A stretch of 64,000 bases of DNA from a virus: positions 13,827 through 77,826 of the IMG/VR virus record IMGVR_UViG_3300043172_000590; one strand, written 5' to 3'. The translations under genes were made by a program, and so were the position numbers. This document shows positions 30,185 to 41,086 of this stretch, in pieces; the first letter of the stretch is position 1; every line of letters starts with the position of its first letter. The notes under the pieces are model-generated. The model was not told the DNA's origin. It did not search any database and was given only the letters and a program-made list of their open reading frames with translations.

Positions 30185-31966
30185 CTATTTCGGATGCTTA
30201 CTTAAAAACATAATTGCTTGTGATCGACTCATTTTTTTCGCTTTCATTACAACTGGAATAGCCTCCTTTATGGTCATCTCCTTACCTCCTAGCTCAACAA
30301 CTTCGGTCATGTCAATTTCTTTAGAAGCAGCCGCAACAATGTCAGCAATCAACTCGTTTTTACCTTCGGCAGTCGCCGTGTTATATTCCTTTTTCCCCCA
30401 TGTAATACCAGTGCCTAATATATGGCGCTTTATTTCATCATCTGGGAAAATCTTAGCAACAGCCTCCTTGATTGGCTTGCTCTTATCGCTCTCGGAATCA
30501 AGCACTTTTATTACACCTTGAACCTCTGGCGATAATTCTTTGATGTCGGTTATGGTCCCAGCATTTGCGTCTGTGAGATATTGCTCTACAACGGGCTCGA
30601 TAGTTTCCTTTGCTACTTCGTAGTACTTATCGCCTACCCTCATAATTTTAGCGTCAATCCTTTTGGGCTTAATGTCAAACAAGGCATCATTTCTCTTTAG
30701 CACATCCAAAAGAACAGTGGTGTTCATTGGGGCGTCCTGTTTTGTCAAATCGAACATGATAGACTCTTTATCTTCGCTTGAGAACTTAGTCTTTTTACCT
30801 TCTTCAAACGTCACGCCCTCCTCTTTATAGAATGGTTCAATATATGCCGGTAATCCACCGGGAACATTCTTGCCTTTATAGTTAGTGCTGCCTTGCAGTA
30901 TCTCGCCGACCTTATTCTTAAACGTGTCGATATCTTGTTTCCTTTCCGTAGCCGGATAGGATATCCTGTCTCTCTGCCCATTGTCATAGGTGATGGTAAG
31001 ATATTTATCCGAAGATGATACGTCTTTAACATTCCCTTTTGCAGTAATCGCAGATCCAAGCTCTTCCAGATAACGCTTGTCTCTTCTCAATATGCCTTCC
31101 AGTGCTCTATTGTATTTATCTACAACACCCACATATTCAGGCTTTAGTCCTGCCGCCCCTGCTTTTGGCGCGGTATATGCTTGATAGAATTTTTCAGCCT
31201 TCGTGTCCATTCCATGCATGGCGAAGAATCGCTGCCTCGCACCTTCTAGTCCTCCCGATTCCTTCTTCGCCTGCGCCTTGTATTCTGGACGAGATTCAAC
31301 CATAGCGTCAAAGGTTTCAGATAATTGCTCCCTATTTTTACGCAAGAACTCGACTTTACCCTTAGCTGTGTCAATGCTGGCTATAGTTTCACTAAACAAT
31401 TTAGCCTTAGCATCTATTTGCTTGCCAAAATCACTGTACATTTTTTCTTCCAAAGACAATCTTTTGGGGGCAAGTATCTGCGTTGCACGTCCAGCTCCTA
31501 TCAATCCCTTGTCTTTGATCTCCATCATCCTACGTGCAGATTCATTGACATCGTAAATATCTCTGGCTCCGGGCTTCAATAGCTCTCCACGTGCAAAATT
31601 ATACGCCTTAACATCGGTCTGCATATCAGCAATCTTACTCTCCACTCCTCTTTTATCTCTTCTTAATTGAACCAGATCTTCACGGGAAAGCTTGCCACTT
31701 TTTTCCCGTAGGATATTAGACCATTTATCATCAATAGTGTCTAACTCTTTCATGTGGGTTTCCTGTATCTGGTCTGACATTCCCTGTACAGATTCTACGT
31801 CAAATACTTCTAGTATTGCCCGTTCATTTGCCGATATTTCTCCTTCTTCCCTTGCTATTGCTTCACGTCGGCTCCTTACCATCCTGTTAGTTATGGCATC
31901 TATAGAAGGCGCTAAATCAACAGCGAATGGGCTTCTTCCTGTGGGATATCCTTGAAATGCTGGCAT
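30185..31966 (-). CDS. internal virion/ejection protein
   Basis: 593 aa; synteny with podoviral ejection cassettes. Confidence 0.6.
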   Translation of the reverse strand: MPAFQGYPTGRSPFAVDLAPSIDAITNRMVRSRREAIAREEGEISANERAILEVFDVESVQGMSDQIQETHMKELDTIDDKWSNILREKSGKLSREDLVQLRRDKRGVESKIADMQTDVKAYNFARGELLKPGARDIYDVNESARRMMEIKDKGLIGAGRATQILAPKRLSLEEKMYSDFGKQIDAKAKLFSETIASIDTAKGKVEFLRKNREQLSETFDAMVESRPEYKAQAKKESGGLEGARQRFFAMHGMDTKAEKFYQAYTAPKAGAAGLKPEYVGVVDKYNRALEGILRRDKRYLEELGSAITAKGNVKDVSSSDKYLTITYDNGQRDRISYPATERKQDIDTFKNKVGEILQGSTNYKGKNVPGGLPAYIEPFYKEEGVTFEEGKKTKFSSEDKESIMFDLTKQDAPMNTTVLLDVLKRNDALFDIKPKRIDAKIMRVGDKYYEVAKETIEPVVEQYLTDANAGTITDIKELSPEVQGVIKVLDSESDKSKPIKEAVAKIFPDDEIKRHILGTGITWGKKEYNTATAEGKNELIADIVAAASKEIDMTEVVELGGKEMTIKEAIPVVMKAKKMSRSQAIMFLSKHPK

Positions 31967-32077
31967 GTCTTTATTTATATTGTTTCTTAACTGTAATTTT
32001 CGTTATTTTACGTATAGGTTTTAGACATAATTGTTAGATGGTTTCAAGGGTCAGTGTAATCGCTGGCCTTTGTTTTT

Positions 32078-32740
32078 TTATTGCCCCCAATACAATTCAC
32101 TGCTTCGTTCCATTGGTCTTATTGGCGACCTGCTCTCTATGCGCTGCGGGCCAAATCTTTCTGACATCCATTGTTCATGTGCTATATCAGCTTGGCTGAG
32201 CTCTTGTTGTCCTCCATATATAGAGACTCCTGATTTTATCGCACTGCCAATATTTGCTCCTCCTGCGGCCTCTAGTTGCGCCGACTCCCCCATGCCCTGT
32301 ACATATGGATATAGCTCATTGTATTTCCATTTCTCGGTTTCTAGTTGCCCCATCCTTCCCAGTGCTTCCATATAGACTCGCTGATTTCTCTGGTAGTTTT
32401 CAGCGCTTGCGATCCCGATATCCTTTTCTACCTCTCCCTCTCTTCCGTATAGACCGGCAAGAACTCCAAGCACATCGGACGAGGATTCCGCAACTCCTGT
32501 TGCAGCTTCTACACCTCTGCCTGTTGCACCCCTGACTCTCTCTCTTATAATATCTGCTCCGGGTATTTCGCGCTGAGAAGCGATACCTCCGGCTACCCTC
32601 ACCCTCTCCCTTTCGGAAGCCGCTATTTCATAGGGGTCGAATTCTCTTTTTGCCCTTCTTCTTTTTGCACCTGCCGAAATTGACTGCCCTATCCCTATTG
32701 CTGCTTGGGTTGCTGCTAATGCTATTAATGGTAATGGCAT
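32078..32740 (-). CDS. small ejection/pilot protein
   Basis: Ala/Gly-rich hydrophobic N-terminus MPLPLIALAATQAAIGIG. Confidence 0.65.
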   Translation of the reverse strand: MPLPLIALAATQAAIGIGQSISAGAKRRRAKREFDPYEIAASERERVRVAGGIASQREIPGADIIRERVRGATGRGVEAATGVAESSSDVLGVLAGLYGREGEVEKDIGIASAENYQRNQRVYMEALGRMGQLETEKWKYNELYPYVQGMGESAQLEAAGGANIGSAIKSGVSIYGGQQELSQADIAHEQWMSERFGPQRIESRSPIRPMERSSELYWGQ

Positions 32741-32754
32741 ATCTTATATTTTTA

Positions 32755-35700
32755 TTATTGTGAGATACTAAATTTAATCTCTACTTCATTTAACAATAAT
32801 CCCAAATCATCATTATTTGACAATGTTATTCCCATTGTTTCTCCTATCATATCCTTGCCGTTATATAACAGTTGGATATCTTCTATTCCCAATCTGTTGA
32901 TAATATTCTTAAGTATTGACGCAACCATCCGATTCTCTCTTTCTCTTATCAGGTTGGTTGTCAATATTGTTTTCTGTGCCGGATAATTAGTGCCAGATGC
33001 AATATTCGCTTCCATTTCCAAAATATTTTTATCTGACGAAATATTGATATTGCTATATCTTTTTGTCTCAGATGGAAGCTTATTTGAAATGAACGTTATC
33101 GAACAGTCCTGTAATTCTCCGTAAAATGTATTTCTTGGAGCACTACTGTCGTTGTGAAGATAAAGTTTTCCTTCCAAAAAAGAAAATAACTCATCCCCGT
33201 ACCATCCAAAATTTTCAGGAATAGCGCTTGCTGTCTTGAATTTGGCAGAGTACAGCCACCCTTTCTGGTTTTCTTTTTCAGAAAAAACAACTGTCTCTAT
33301 TTCTGTTCCGATAATGAAAGAAACCAAGACTTCATCGTGACTATTATCTATGGTTGTTATTACATCTTTTGTTCCTACGAACTCACGAAGCTCTTTTGCT
33401 TTCTGGTCAAAGTAGCTCTGCATTTTATATTCTCGCGAAATAGCTATTTGCCCATTGGCAGCAGTTCTTATGAACTCTCCCGTAGTATCGTCAAAATAAT
33501 AAATGTACCTATTATTTGAAACAATAGATCTTCTGTATTTGGTGCCCCTATCTTCGACGTATCTACGGAAGCTTCCGAATACTTTATCGGATAATACTAC
33601 AAACTCATTGCCATCGCCTTCTCGCGTATTTATCTTTCCTATATAAACAGAAGTTTCCTTGTGTTCTTGCAGAACCTTTAGCAAGTCTCCCGTTTCTTCT
33701 ATGCCGGTTATTCTCCCATAGACATCAGAAACGTCAAGAAATGTTGTTTGAGGCAGAAATATATTAAGATTATTAGTCTCTGTATTCTCGATATAATTTT
33801 CCCCACGGACAACTCTTCCGAATTCATCCTGCCTTGAATCTATCTTAGCGCCTACGCGTCCAATGTCAATGCCCCTTGAAATATAACTGTCTGAAAACTC
33901 TTGATCCTCAATAATTGCTATTGGGACATCTGTATCGGCAGTCAATATCTTTCTTAGATACACATCTCCAAAGTCCATCTCAAAACTAGGTATCGTAGCT
34001 ATGTCGTAAACGCGGTAAGGAATTCCGGGAATCCCACCAGCAATGTTTATTGTAGATACTATAGCTACGTTATTGACATCGACATCAGTAACCTCAATTA
34101 TATTGTAAGTAACAGTACTTATGTCAATAAAACCATCGTTTATCAATAAAAAGTTGGCAACGGATATGCCGGTAATGTCTGCCTTTGCGATATAAACAAC
34201 ATTGGGAGCAAATGAAATTACTGTATTTCCCGAAAAATCTACTGCCGGATAATCTGCGGACGGAGAATCTCCCCCTCCATGATCTCTGCTGGGTAGTCCC
34301 GGATTTAATACTTCGTGCTCTTCTCCTATCTCAAAATAAATATTGTCAATTATCTCTGTATTAGGTCTATATATTTCTATCTGATCTACTTTTATCGTAG
34401 TGGGCACAGTATCCATAGTTCCGGATATGATAAATCCACTCTCTGTGACATCCTGCCCTCCATCGTCATACGTTCTGATATACGAGGAGAGTTCGAAACT
34501 TTCTGTATCTCCGACTCTACGAACCCTATCTCCGTTCTCCCAAACATAATCAGGAGTAATAATATCAGGATATGTCTCCCTTATCTCGCCTAGCCTCTGA
34601 TTCACTCTAAGGAAGCTTCTGTTGGCAGGAACTCCATTGGATCCGTCTGGCTCTAATTGCTCCACAGCCGGAATGCCTATAGTGTAGGTATATGATTTAT
34701 TCGGTAAATATGTTATCCTGTATGATTTTGCCCATACTGGGGGAATATGCCGTATTCGTATTCTTGCGGTTATGGCACTGGATATGTCGTCAGGGAAGAA
34801 TGAGCGAACAAGTGGAGAATACATTTCTTCGTTTGCATATACAACATTATATCTCCCAAATCCATCATTATATATAAATCCGAACGGATGGTACTGACCT
34901 CTTTTCAACGTTTTTACGGGAGTATTGAATGCATTTAAAACAACCTTGCCTCCTGTGTTATTTTGAGAATCTGTTGTGTTATAAAATTTCACATCTATCG
35001 CAGTACCTAAATCGTCAAAAACAAGAGGAAACCCGGACGGACACGTTCCGTACTCTGCAACTATCTGATTGTATATATTTGTCACAATATCTTCAGGGTA
35101 ATTAGCTGGTGGATCATCTCCTGTAAAGAATGAGTATTCGTTCTTAAACGATCCTGATAAGAAGTCTATAGTTACCAGATATTCTGAATTTGGATAGAAC
35201 GTTCCCGGAAAATTAATTATGTAATTCTGATGATTGATTGTGGGATTGCCGCAAAGAACAGGTCCGGCCGCAACAATAAATGAATATACTGTTACCATTG
35301 TTACTACATCATTAATGCCTGTATCTGTCGCTACTATATCCAATTCATAATCCAGTTCATTCTCCTTGAAATCATACCCTTTAACTGGCATTGACATCGC
35401 CAAGTATTTTCCATCTAGTAATAATAGGTCGTTTGCAGAAATAGGGATGTCATCAAAATACCTATTCCCAATATCAGTATTTATGTTTCTTAATGATTCA
35501 GTATTTAAAAATGAAAGCACCAGATCTTCGTCATCATTTATTATCTGAACCTCATCCTTGTATTTATCAAGTGTTCTAAAAACAGAGAAATCCCCTGAAT
35601 TATTATTAGAGGCGATTCGCACAGCAACATTAATGCTCTTTACTGCCTTACTCCCGGTGTTTATCGTTATATTAATTGTATTGTTGATTGTAATGTCCTC

Positions 35701-36426
35701 AACAAAAGACCCGTCCAAAAATTCTTCAATCGATGGCAATGGGACTTTGCTTATTGGAGAATATGCAGATCCCTGAAACTCATCATACTGATAATTGTAT
35801 TTGAATTGCCAGAGCTTTTTTCTCAGGTTGTTGAAATTAATCACAACATCTTCTATCTGTTCCGTATCGGCATAGAGACACGTTGGAGCGAACCGGGGTG
35901 GTCTTTTGATGAGCGGGAATATATTATCTTCAAAAGGCAAATAATCATTATTATAAGCATCTCCGGGTAGTGCATTTGTGAAGTTGACGGCTTTTTCTAT
36001 GACGAATGACTTTGGGGCTAATGGTGTCTGTATCCAGTACAACATTCCCTGTATTACTTCCCCTCTAAGATTGGCATCAATAATGCCGAGAGAAGACTCG
36101 CTATGCCATATTTTCTGAACAATCTTTGTTTCGATAAAGTATCTCAGTATGGAATGGTCGTCGTTACTGTTATATATGCAGTATATGATAGCCTCATCCT
36201 GTAAATTCTGGATAATCCCAACGACTTTGTTTGTGCCTGCAGGAAGCGCGAGATCAAAAAGCTTATTTCCCCTAAGTTTGACATTCGCCATCCCTTCTCC
36301 TGATATGGAATTCGTCCGCATATTAACCCTATCTCTTACGACGCCATTGTCGCTGTCAACATACTTTTCCGTTGAATCTTTATCCATCGGTCCATTAATG
36401 GGCAATATCTGAGCTTGGTCTGCCAT
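32755..36426 (-). CDS. tail hub/stabilisation (nozzle, P22 gp10-like) protein
   Basis: 1223 aa; MDKD...Y, TLKRG..H.FG.IY.D.FGR, YG.I.GI, IS.EY.MQSYF motifs. Confidence 0.75.
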   Translation of the reverse strand: MADQAQILPINGPMDKDSTEKYVDSDNGVVRDRVNMRTNSISGEGMANVKLRGNKLFDLALPAGTNKVVGIIQNLQDEAIIYCIYNSNDDHSILRYFIETKIVQKIWHSESSLGIIDANLRGEVIQGMLYWIQTPLAPKSFVIEKAVNFTNALPGDAYNNDYLPFEDNIFPLIKRPPRFAPTCLYADTEQIEDVVINFNNLRKKLWQFKYNYQYDEFQGSAYSPISKVPLPSIEEFLDGSFVEDITINNTINITINTGSKAVKSINVAVRIASNNNSGDFSVFRTLDKYKDEVQIINDDEDLVLSFLNTESLRNINTDIGNRYFDDIPISANDLLLLDGKYLAMSMPVKGYDFKENELDYELDIVATDTGINDVVTMVTVYSFIVAAGPVLCGNPTINHQNYIINFPGTFYPNSEYLVTIDFLSGSFKNEYSFFTGDDPPANYPEDIVTNIYNQIVAEYGTCPSGFPLVFDDLGTAIDVKFYNTTDSQNNTGGKVVLNAFNTPVKTLKRGQYHPFGFIYNDGFGRYNVVYANEEMYSPLVRSFFPDDISSAITARIRIRHIPPVWAKSYRITYLPNKSYTYTIGIPAVEQLEPDGSNGVPANRSFLRVNQRLGEIRETYPDIITPDYVWENGDRVRRVGDTESFELSSYIRTYDDGGQDVTESGFIISGTMDTVPTTIKVDQIEIYRPNTEIIDNIYFEIGEEHEVLNPGLPSRDHGGGDSPSADYPAVDFSGNTVISFAPNVVYIAKADITGISVANFLLINDGFIDISTVTYNIIEVTDVDVNNVAIVSTINIAGGIPGIPYRVYDIATIPSFEMDFGDVYLRKILTADTDVPIAIIEDQEFSDSYISRGIDIGRVGAKIDSRQDEFGRVVRGENYIENTETNNLNIFLPQTTFLDVSDVYGRITGIEETGDLLKVLQEHKETSVYIGKINTREGDGNEFVVLSDKVFGSFRRYVEDRGTKYRRSIVSNNRYIYYFDDTTGEFIRTAANGQIAISREYKMQSYFDQKAKELREFVGTKDVITTIDNSHDEVLVSFIIGTEIETVVFSEKENQKGWLYSAKFKTASAIPENFGWYGDELFSFLEGKLYLHNDSSAPRNTFYGELQDCSITFISNKLPSETKRYSNINISSDKNILEMEANIASGTNYPAQKTILTTNLIRERENRMVASILKNIINRLGIEDIQLLYNGKDMIGETMGITLSNNDDLGLLLNEVEIKFSISQ

Positions 36427-36429
36427 TGG

Positions 36430-37200
36430 CTATCTTCTTGGTACTGTATTAAGCGAATTGTATATCGCGTCCTTAGCCTCCCAGAAATTATGAGGATCGT
36501 AAATCAAATCTATATAGTTTTGATATAATCTATCTACCTCATCTCTCTGTAATTGTAATTGCGCCGCAGTAAACCGACTAGGGATTCCCATTACCATAAA
36601 GTCCAGAACAACCTTAGCTACAATCATGTCCCTCGCCTCAGAAGGTATCTGTATTCCCCTCTCGCAATCAAGTCCGTTTGTTTTATATCTTATAACGGCT
36701 CTATCTTGGATGTCGCAAGTTACATCTTGTACGTTAGATGCGACACCATCGAAGAAATCAAATCTATGGCATCTCACTGTGAATGTGCAATCTCCAGGAC
36801 TCTCCTGCCAATAGCCTATAGAATTGGCTTTTGCTGCATATCTATAGCCTTTGGTCGGTATAGGGATTCCTTCTCCTTTGGTAGTGTCGTATGCCCCGTT
36901 CTCCCCTGTTGCTTGCATTGCCAAATCCGGCTCTTTTATAAAGGGCTGGAAGATCCCATGAACATATAATCCGACAGACAATAATTTTACTAACCCCTCT
37001 GGATATTGACCTACACCCATGCTGTTGATGTCTGCATATTCTGTTAAGTAAAATGACGAATAACTGACATTCACCTGCCTATATGTATCTAAAGCCCACT
37101 GGGTAGCTTTTGTGCGATATCTGTTTCTTTGTTCATCACCTATCTTCAATAAGATAGCTTCAACAATCGTATCTAGTCCAATGAATGCTTTTTTACCCAT
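36430..37200 (-). CDS. tail ring/adaptor protein
   Basis: position between capsid and hub genes; crAss-like ring protein size. Confidence 0.6.
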   Translation of the reverse strand: MGKKAFIGLDTIVEAILLKIGDEQRNRYRTKATQWALDTYRQVNVSYSSFYLTEYADINSMGVGQYPEGLVKLLSVGLYVHGIFQPFIKEPDLAMQATGENGAYDTTKGEGIPIPTKGYRYAAKANSIGYWQESPGDCTFTVRCHRFDFFDGVASNVQDVTCDIQDRAVIRYKTNGLDCERGIQIPSEARDMIVAKVVLDFMVMGIPSRFTAAQLQLQRDEVDRLYQNYIDLIYDPHNFWEAKDAIYNSLNTVPRR

Positions 37201-37202
37201 CT

Positions 37203-37811
37203 CTAAGCAATATTATCATTAGTATTATCAGTTGGCTTATATCCCATAAGCTCAAGTATCATACTCGACACTACCATATCTCCTGTTGGAAGATGGATGT
37301 CATCAGTATCTAAGAATTCTGAAAACGGAACAACAAGCTTCAAGTCAACAGATTCAATCAGTCCAAATTCATTTATAGGGCTATCCAGTACGATTCTGTC
37401 TCCATCTTTATAGTAGAACACTTTTCCAGAGCAGCAGTATATTTCAAGATTCCGGATACTATCAAGTTCTGCCTCTGTCACCCTATGGAAATTAATCTTA
37501 CCGCCCCTGGCCCTTGCGTGTACGAGTCCGGTTCCCATGGGTAAATCAATCACTTTCGCTGGTAATTGAATATACCTAATATCATCACTAACAGACTGTA
37601 CCGCGTTGCTATTGTATTTTTTTGCATAATAGTCAAAATCGGCTTCGAGCATGTTTTTATTGTTGGCATAATATTGTTTGACCAATGCGTCATAGGCCCT
37701 TTCTACTTCATCCTCAATAGCCTGCGGATGTGTGTGCTCTACAGAATCAAGTGTAGGCTGTTGTCTTACAACCTCTTGTCTTACCAGTTCGACTAATTTT
37801 GCCTTTTCCAT
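37203..37811 (-). CDS. tail ring/adaptor protein
   Basis: synteny; Y..LP...I.LP...G motif. Confidence 0.6.
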   Translation of the reverse strand: MEKAKLVELVRQEVVRQQPTLDSVEHTHPQAIEDEVERAYDALVKQYYANNKNMLEADFDYYAKKYNSNAVQSVSDDIRYIQLPAKVIDLPMGTGLVHARARGGKINFHRVTEAELDSIRNLEIYCCSGKVFYYKDGDRIVLDSPINEFGLIESVDLKLVVPFSEFLDTDDIHLPTGDMVVSSMILELMGYKPTDNTNDNIA

Positions 37812-37821
37812 CGGTTTGTAA

Positions 37822-38505
37822 TTACTTTCCTGTTTCTGTCAATTTAACAGCATATTGCTCTACCATGCTTTTTTCTACATTAACTCCAATATCCTGCAAT
37901 ATCATGTGGAGTATAGCCAACCTGTTGCCATCATCCCATTCTAGTTCTGTTGAGCCAGCTTCGTTATAAACCTCTTCATAAAATGCATCCACTGTTGTTT
38001 TGAACACTGGCGCTATAGGCAACCTCCAATACCAAACGTTTACAGAAGTTAATGTTATTGGGTAAACCTGTAATCCACCCTTTGCCAGGGAACCGGCGAT
38101 ATCTTTAACTGTAGGTTTAGTCACCGCATTATTCAGTCTATTGCTTTTCTTCTGCCCGCTTATAAGACTTGACGATCTCGATGTATCAGTATTAAAGTCG
38201 TCGATGTAATAAGCGTCAGCGATAATAATCTTACCATCCCCATTAGGAACAAGTGCCTTCCCCTCCGCCGCTACATCGCCAGATTTATAAAATGGGAGCA
38301 GATCCGCATCTATCATGCGAGTTGCACCCGCTCCCATTATGGCTGTTCCGGGCTGATATCCTTCCGGAATACCAAGCCTTCTTCTGAAATGAATAATATT
38401 TTTGGCAATCAGAGATATTTCAAACTCAGATGGCCTTATCCTGTTTGCGTTTTCATCCTTGTCTATAATGAAAAGCGCCAGTTGATATAATTCAAAATTA
38501 TTCAT
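37822..38505 (-). CDS. head-tail ring protein
   Basis: ELY....FIIDK......I.PSEF; VYP...Y.RLP..P motif. Confidence 0.65.
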   Translation of the reverse strand: MNNFELYQLALFIIDKDENANRIRPSEFEISLIAKNIIHFRRRLGIPEGYQPGTAIMGAGATRMIDADLLPFYKSGDVAAEGKALVPNGDGKIIIADAYYIDDFNTDTSRSSSLISGQKKSNRLNNAVTKPTVKDIAGSLAKGGLQVYPITLTSVNVWYWRLPIAPVFKTTVDAFYEEVYNEAGSTELEWDDGNRLAILHMILQDIGVNVEKSMVEQYAVKLTETGK

Positions 38506-38553
38506 TCAGAACAGTATTAATTATTTAGGGGACTATTGCTGTTCGCCTGCTTT

Positions 38554-39516
38554 CTACTTCTCCTTTCCCTGCATAAATTTAAGGTAAGAATGAACCTCAT
38601 CTTTGTGCTTTTCGGGAACGCGATACTCAGTTGGTAATCCTGCTTCTTCCGCAGCCTTATTCAGGTTCTCTGTATTCATGAGTTTTCCTACAGCTGGCTT
38701 AAAAGGTATTTTCTTTCCGTCAGAAAGAGTGACTTCCGTGGGATTATTAGGCGCCTTAATCTTCTCTTTATCAAGTCCGAGACTTCGACATGCTTTGTGC
38801 AGTACATCAAATCCATAGCTGCGCTTAAAGATAGATTTTTTCTCTGCTTCGCCTGCCATTTGGATTGCTGAAACACCAATATCTTTAACGCTCTCCATAT
38901 CACAGTTGAGAACTCCACCAGGGAATACTTTAGTGACAAATGCGACCATTTCTTCAAGTGTTCTGTTTTCATCCAAAAGCATACGGGTTACTTCGGCCTG
39001 CTTCAAATGTTCTCCCACACTACCCAGTAATTGCTTCTCTTTATCGTGAATAACCAGTGTTCCATTCGTTACGAACGGAGAACAATAAATTACATACCAA
39101 GCCAAATCTTTTTGAGTCTCATCAATGATAAGCTGCTCTTTAATTTGGGACAGTGCCCTAAATGGAGGGAAAGATAACCCTTTCCCATTTACAGATACAG
39201 GACTGTTTTTACTGTATCTTAAATCATAGGACATGCCTTTTTGTGAGTCGTAGTAGCTCGATACGGGAGGGATTGCCATTGGGGCAACCTCTTTGTATGA
39301 TGTTTTTTTGACGTTCCAAGTCTTTGCGAAGCCTTGGCGGTTAAATATAAGAAGAGCTCGACCAGCCCCCTTTTGTACTTTTTTTGCCTTAGCAAATAAT
39401 TTATCAATCTCTCTTAGTTGACCGTGCAATACTTCCGGAAAGGTATAATCTTCCTTTTGTTTCTTTGGATCAAGCTTTATTGGCGTGACCATTTTATTGT
39501 CTAAATAGATTCCCAT
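38554..39516 (-). CDS. probable structural/assembly protein downstream of the major capsid gene
   Basis: synteny only. Confidence 0.55.
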   Translation of the reverse strand: MGIYLDNKMVTPIKLDPKKQKEDYTFPEVLHGQLREIDKLFAKAKKVQKGAGRALLIFNRQGFAKTWNVKKTSYKEVAPMAIPPVSSYYDSQKGMSYDLRYSKNSPVSVNGKGLSFPPFRALSQIKEQLIIDETQKDLAWYVIYCSPFVTNGTLVIHDKEKQLLGSVGEHLKQAEVTRMLLDENRTLEEMVAFVTKVFPGGVLNCDMESVKDIGVSAIQMAGEAEKKSIFKRSYGFDVLHKACRSLGLDKEKIKAPNNPTEVTLSDGKKIPFKPAVGKLMNTENLNKAAEEAGLPTEYRVPEKHKDEVHSYLKFMQGKEK

Positions 39517-39545
39517 TTTTATTTATTTTTAAATTAAGCCTTTAA

Positions 39546-39600
39546 GATAGGTTGATTACGGGAGGTAAACGAATGTTTTTCCTCCCCATAATCAACTATA
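39546..39600 (-). terminator. long hairpin after the capsid gene (terminator/stabiliser)
   Basis: GTTGATTA.GGGAGG...CCTCCC..TAATCAAC imperfect inverted repeat. Confidence 0.55.
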
Positions 39601-39618
39601 TATTATTTTGCTCTCCGC

Positions 39619-41055
39619 CTATTGGTCTGTTCTTAGTACCAGTATTGTTTGGTTTAAAGCCAAGAAGATGCTCATCATTTCTGACAGCATGTAAACACTA
39701 TTGTCATCCCAATCGTCGCTAACAGGTATTCCTTTACCGTTAACACCGGCCTTATTTGCAACAATAAGCCTACGGTCTTCGCCGTTGTAGTTCAGGTAGC
39801 CTAAACTTACGTGCGATACCGACTTTTTGTATCCATCCACGGACATGCCTCCCTGATTATAACTGTTCATAGTCGCAGTTACTTTAGAGTCAGGGAACAT
39901 CATACCTAATGTTTCGAAATTGAAACCATCGGCTGCATAAGTAGTCGGATTACTAAACTCAGGAATTGGGATTAAATATGATTTAAACCCGTTCTTAAAT
40001 ATCTCACGAACATTGAAACCAACGGTTTTCATATTGGTGTACAAGTCTGTTCCCCCGCTATATTCCTTTATGAATGGCAATTGCGCATTCTCAATAGAGA
40101 GGTTGAGCTCCTGTCCCATGCAATACATTCCAGAACCAGACATTACACCCTGCGATGCATATAAGAATTTAATCTGGTCGAACTGATCCATATTGTATGT
40201 TCCGGTATAGAATTGCTTCATGCCATCAACATACATAGATGGAAGAAGTCCGTTGTCACTGGGAATCAAATTGGATTCTCCAAACCTATTGGCCTGAGTC
40301 AGGGCAGCATCGTTGGCACGAGAGTTAAGTATCTTGTCGTCAAACTGATACTGCATCTTTAGCCTTAACCTTGCCATTTCTCTCAATCCAAGACTGCTTC
40401 CATCTGGATCTTGTAGCATAGCTTCCCACTCTTCAAGTGCCTGCTGTCCACCTTCGATATTGATGGTATCTTTCAGTATTTGAACTTCATGGAAGTGGCT
40501 GAAATAATCCTGAACCGAACCTGCTGGCTGTCCAGAGCCGGGAGCAAACATTGATGCACCATTTATCAAATCAGCTCCTACGGGTACCGCAGTTGTAATT
40601 TGAGCTGCACCGGTAACACTCTCCGCTACGTAGTCAAAATTTGAGCCATTGGCAACTTTGGATACGATACGATAGGTCAATACAAGATTTCCTGCCGTAT
40701 TAAGCTCGGTCCCATATTTTCCCGGAACGTGTATTAAGAATCCAATACGCCCACTTCCGTTTGAGTTAACAATAGCAATGTCCGCACCTGCGCCACCGGT
40801 AGAAATCTCCGTAGCAACTTTAAGTGTCTGATGATAATGACCTTGCTCGATCACTTCAAGGGATCTTCCCTTGATGGATATTTCTTCGCTGGCCATCTGT
40901 ACAATATCTGCATATCTCAGTCCGGGTCCATATAATTGAACCAATTCCCTATATACTTGAGGCTTTAAAGTTAGGTTATTAACCGCTCTCCAAGCTGTTG
41001 AGAATATACCTTCTCTTCCGTTTCCCCTTACTGCGGGGCCTTTAATAGTACTCAT
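39619..41055 (-). CDS. major capsid protein
   Basis: 478 aa after scaffold; QILKDTINI.G and GLL HK97-fold-type motifs; crAss-like size. Confidence 0.85.
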   Translation of the reverse strand: MSTIKGPAVRGNGREGIFSTAWRAVNNLTLKPQVYRELVQLYGPGLRYADIVQMASEEISIKGRSLEVIEQGHYHQTLKVATEISTGGAGADIAIVNSNGSGRIGFLIHVPGKYGTELNTAGNLVLTYRIVSKVANGSNFDYVAESVTGAAQITTAVPVGADLINGASMFAPGSGQPAGSVQDYFSHFHEVQILKDTINIEGGQQALEEWEAMLQDPDGSSLGLREMARLRLKMQYQFDDKILNSRANDAALTQANRFGESNLIPSDNGLLPSMYVDGMKQFYTGTYNMDQFDQIKFLYASQGVMSGSGMYCMGQELNLSIENAQLPFIKEYSGGTDLYTNMKTVGFNVREIFKNGFKSYLIPIPEFSNPTTYAADGFNFETLGMMFPDSKVTATMNSYNQGGMSVDGYKKSVSHVSLGYLNYNGEDRRLIVANKAGVNGKGIPVSDDWDDNSVYMLSEMMSIFLALNQTILVLRTDQ

Positions 41056-41086
41056 AATTTAAGTCTTTTGCTTGTTTAACAAAATT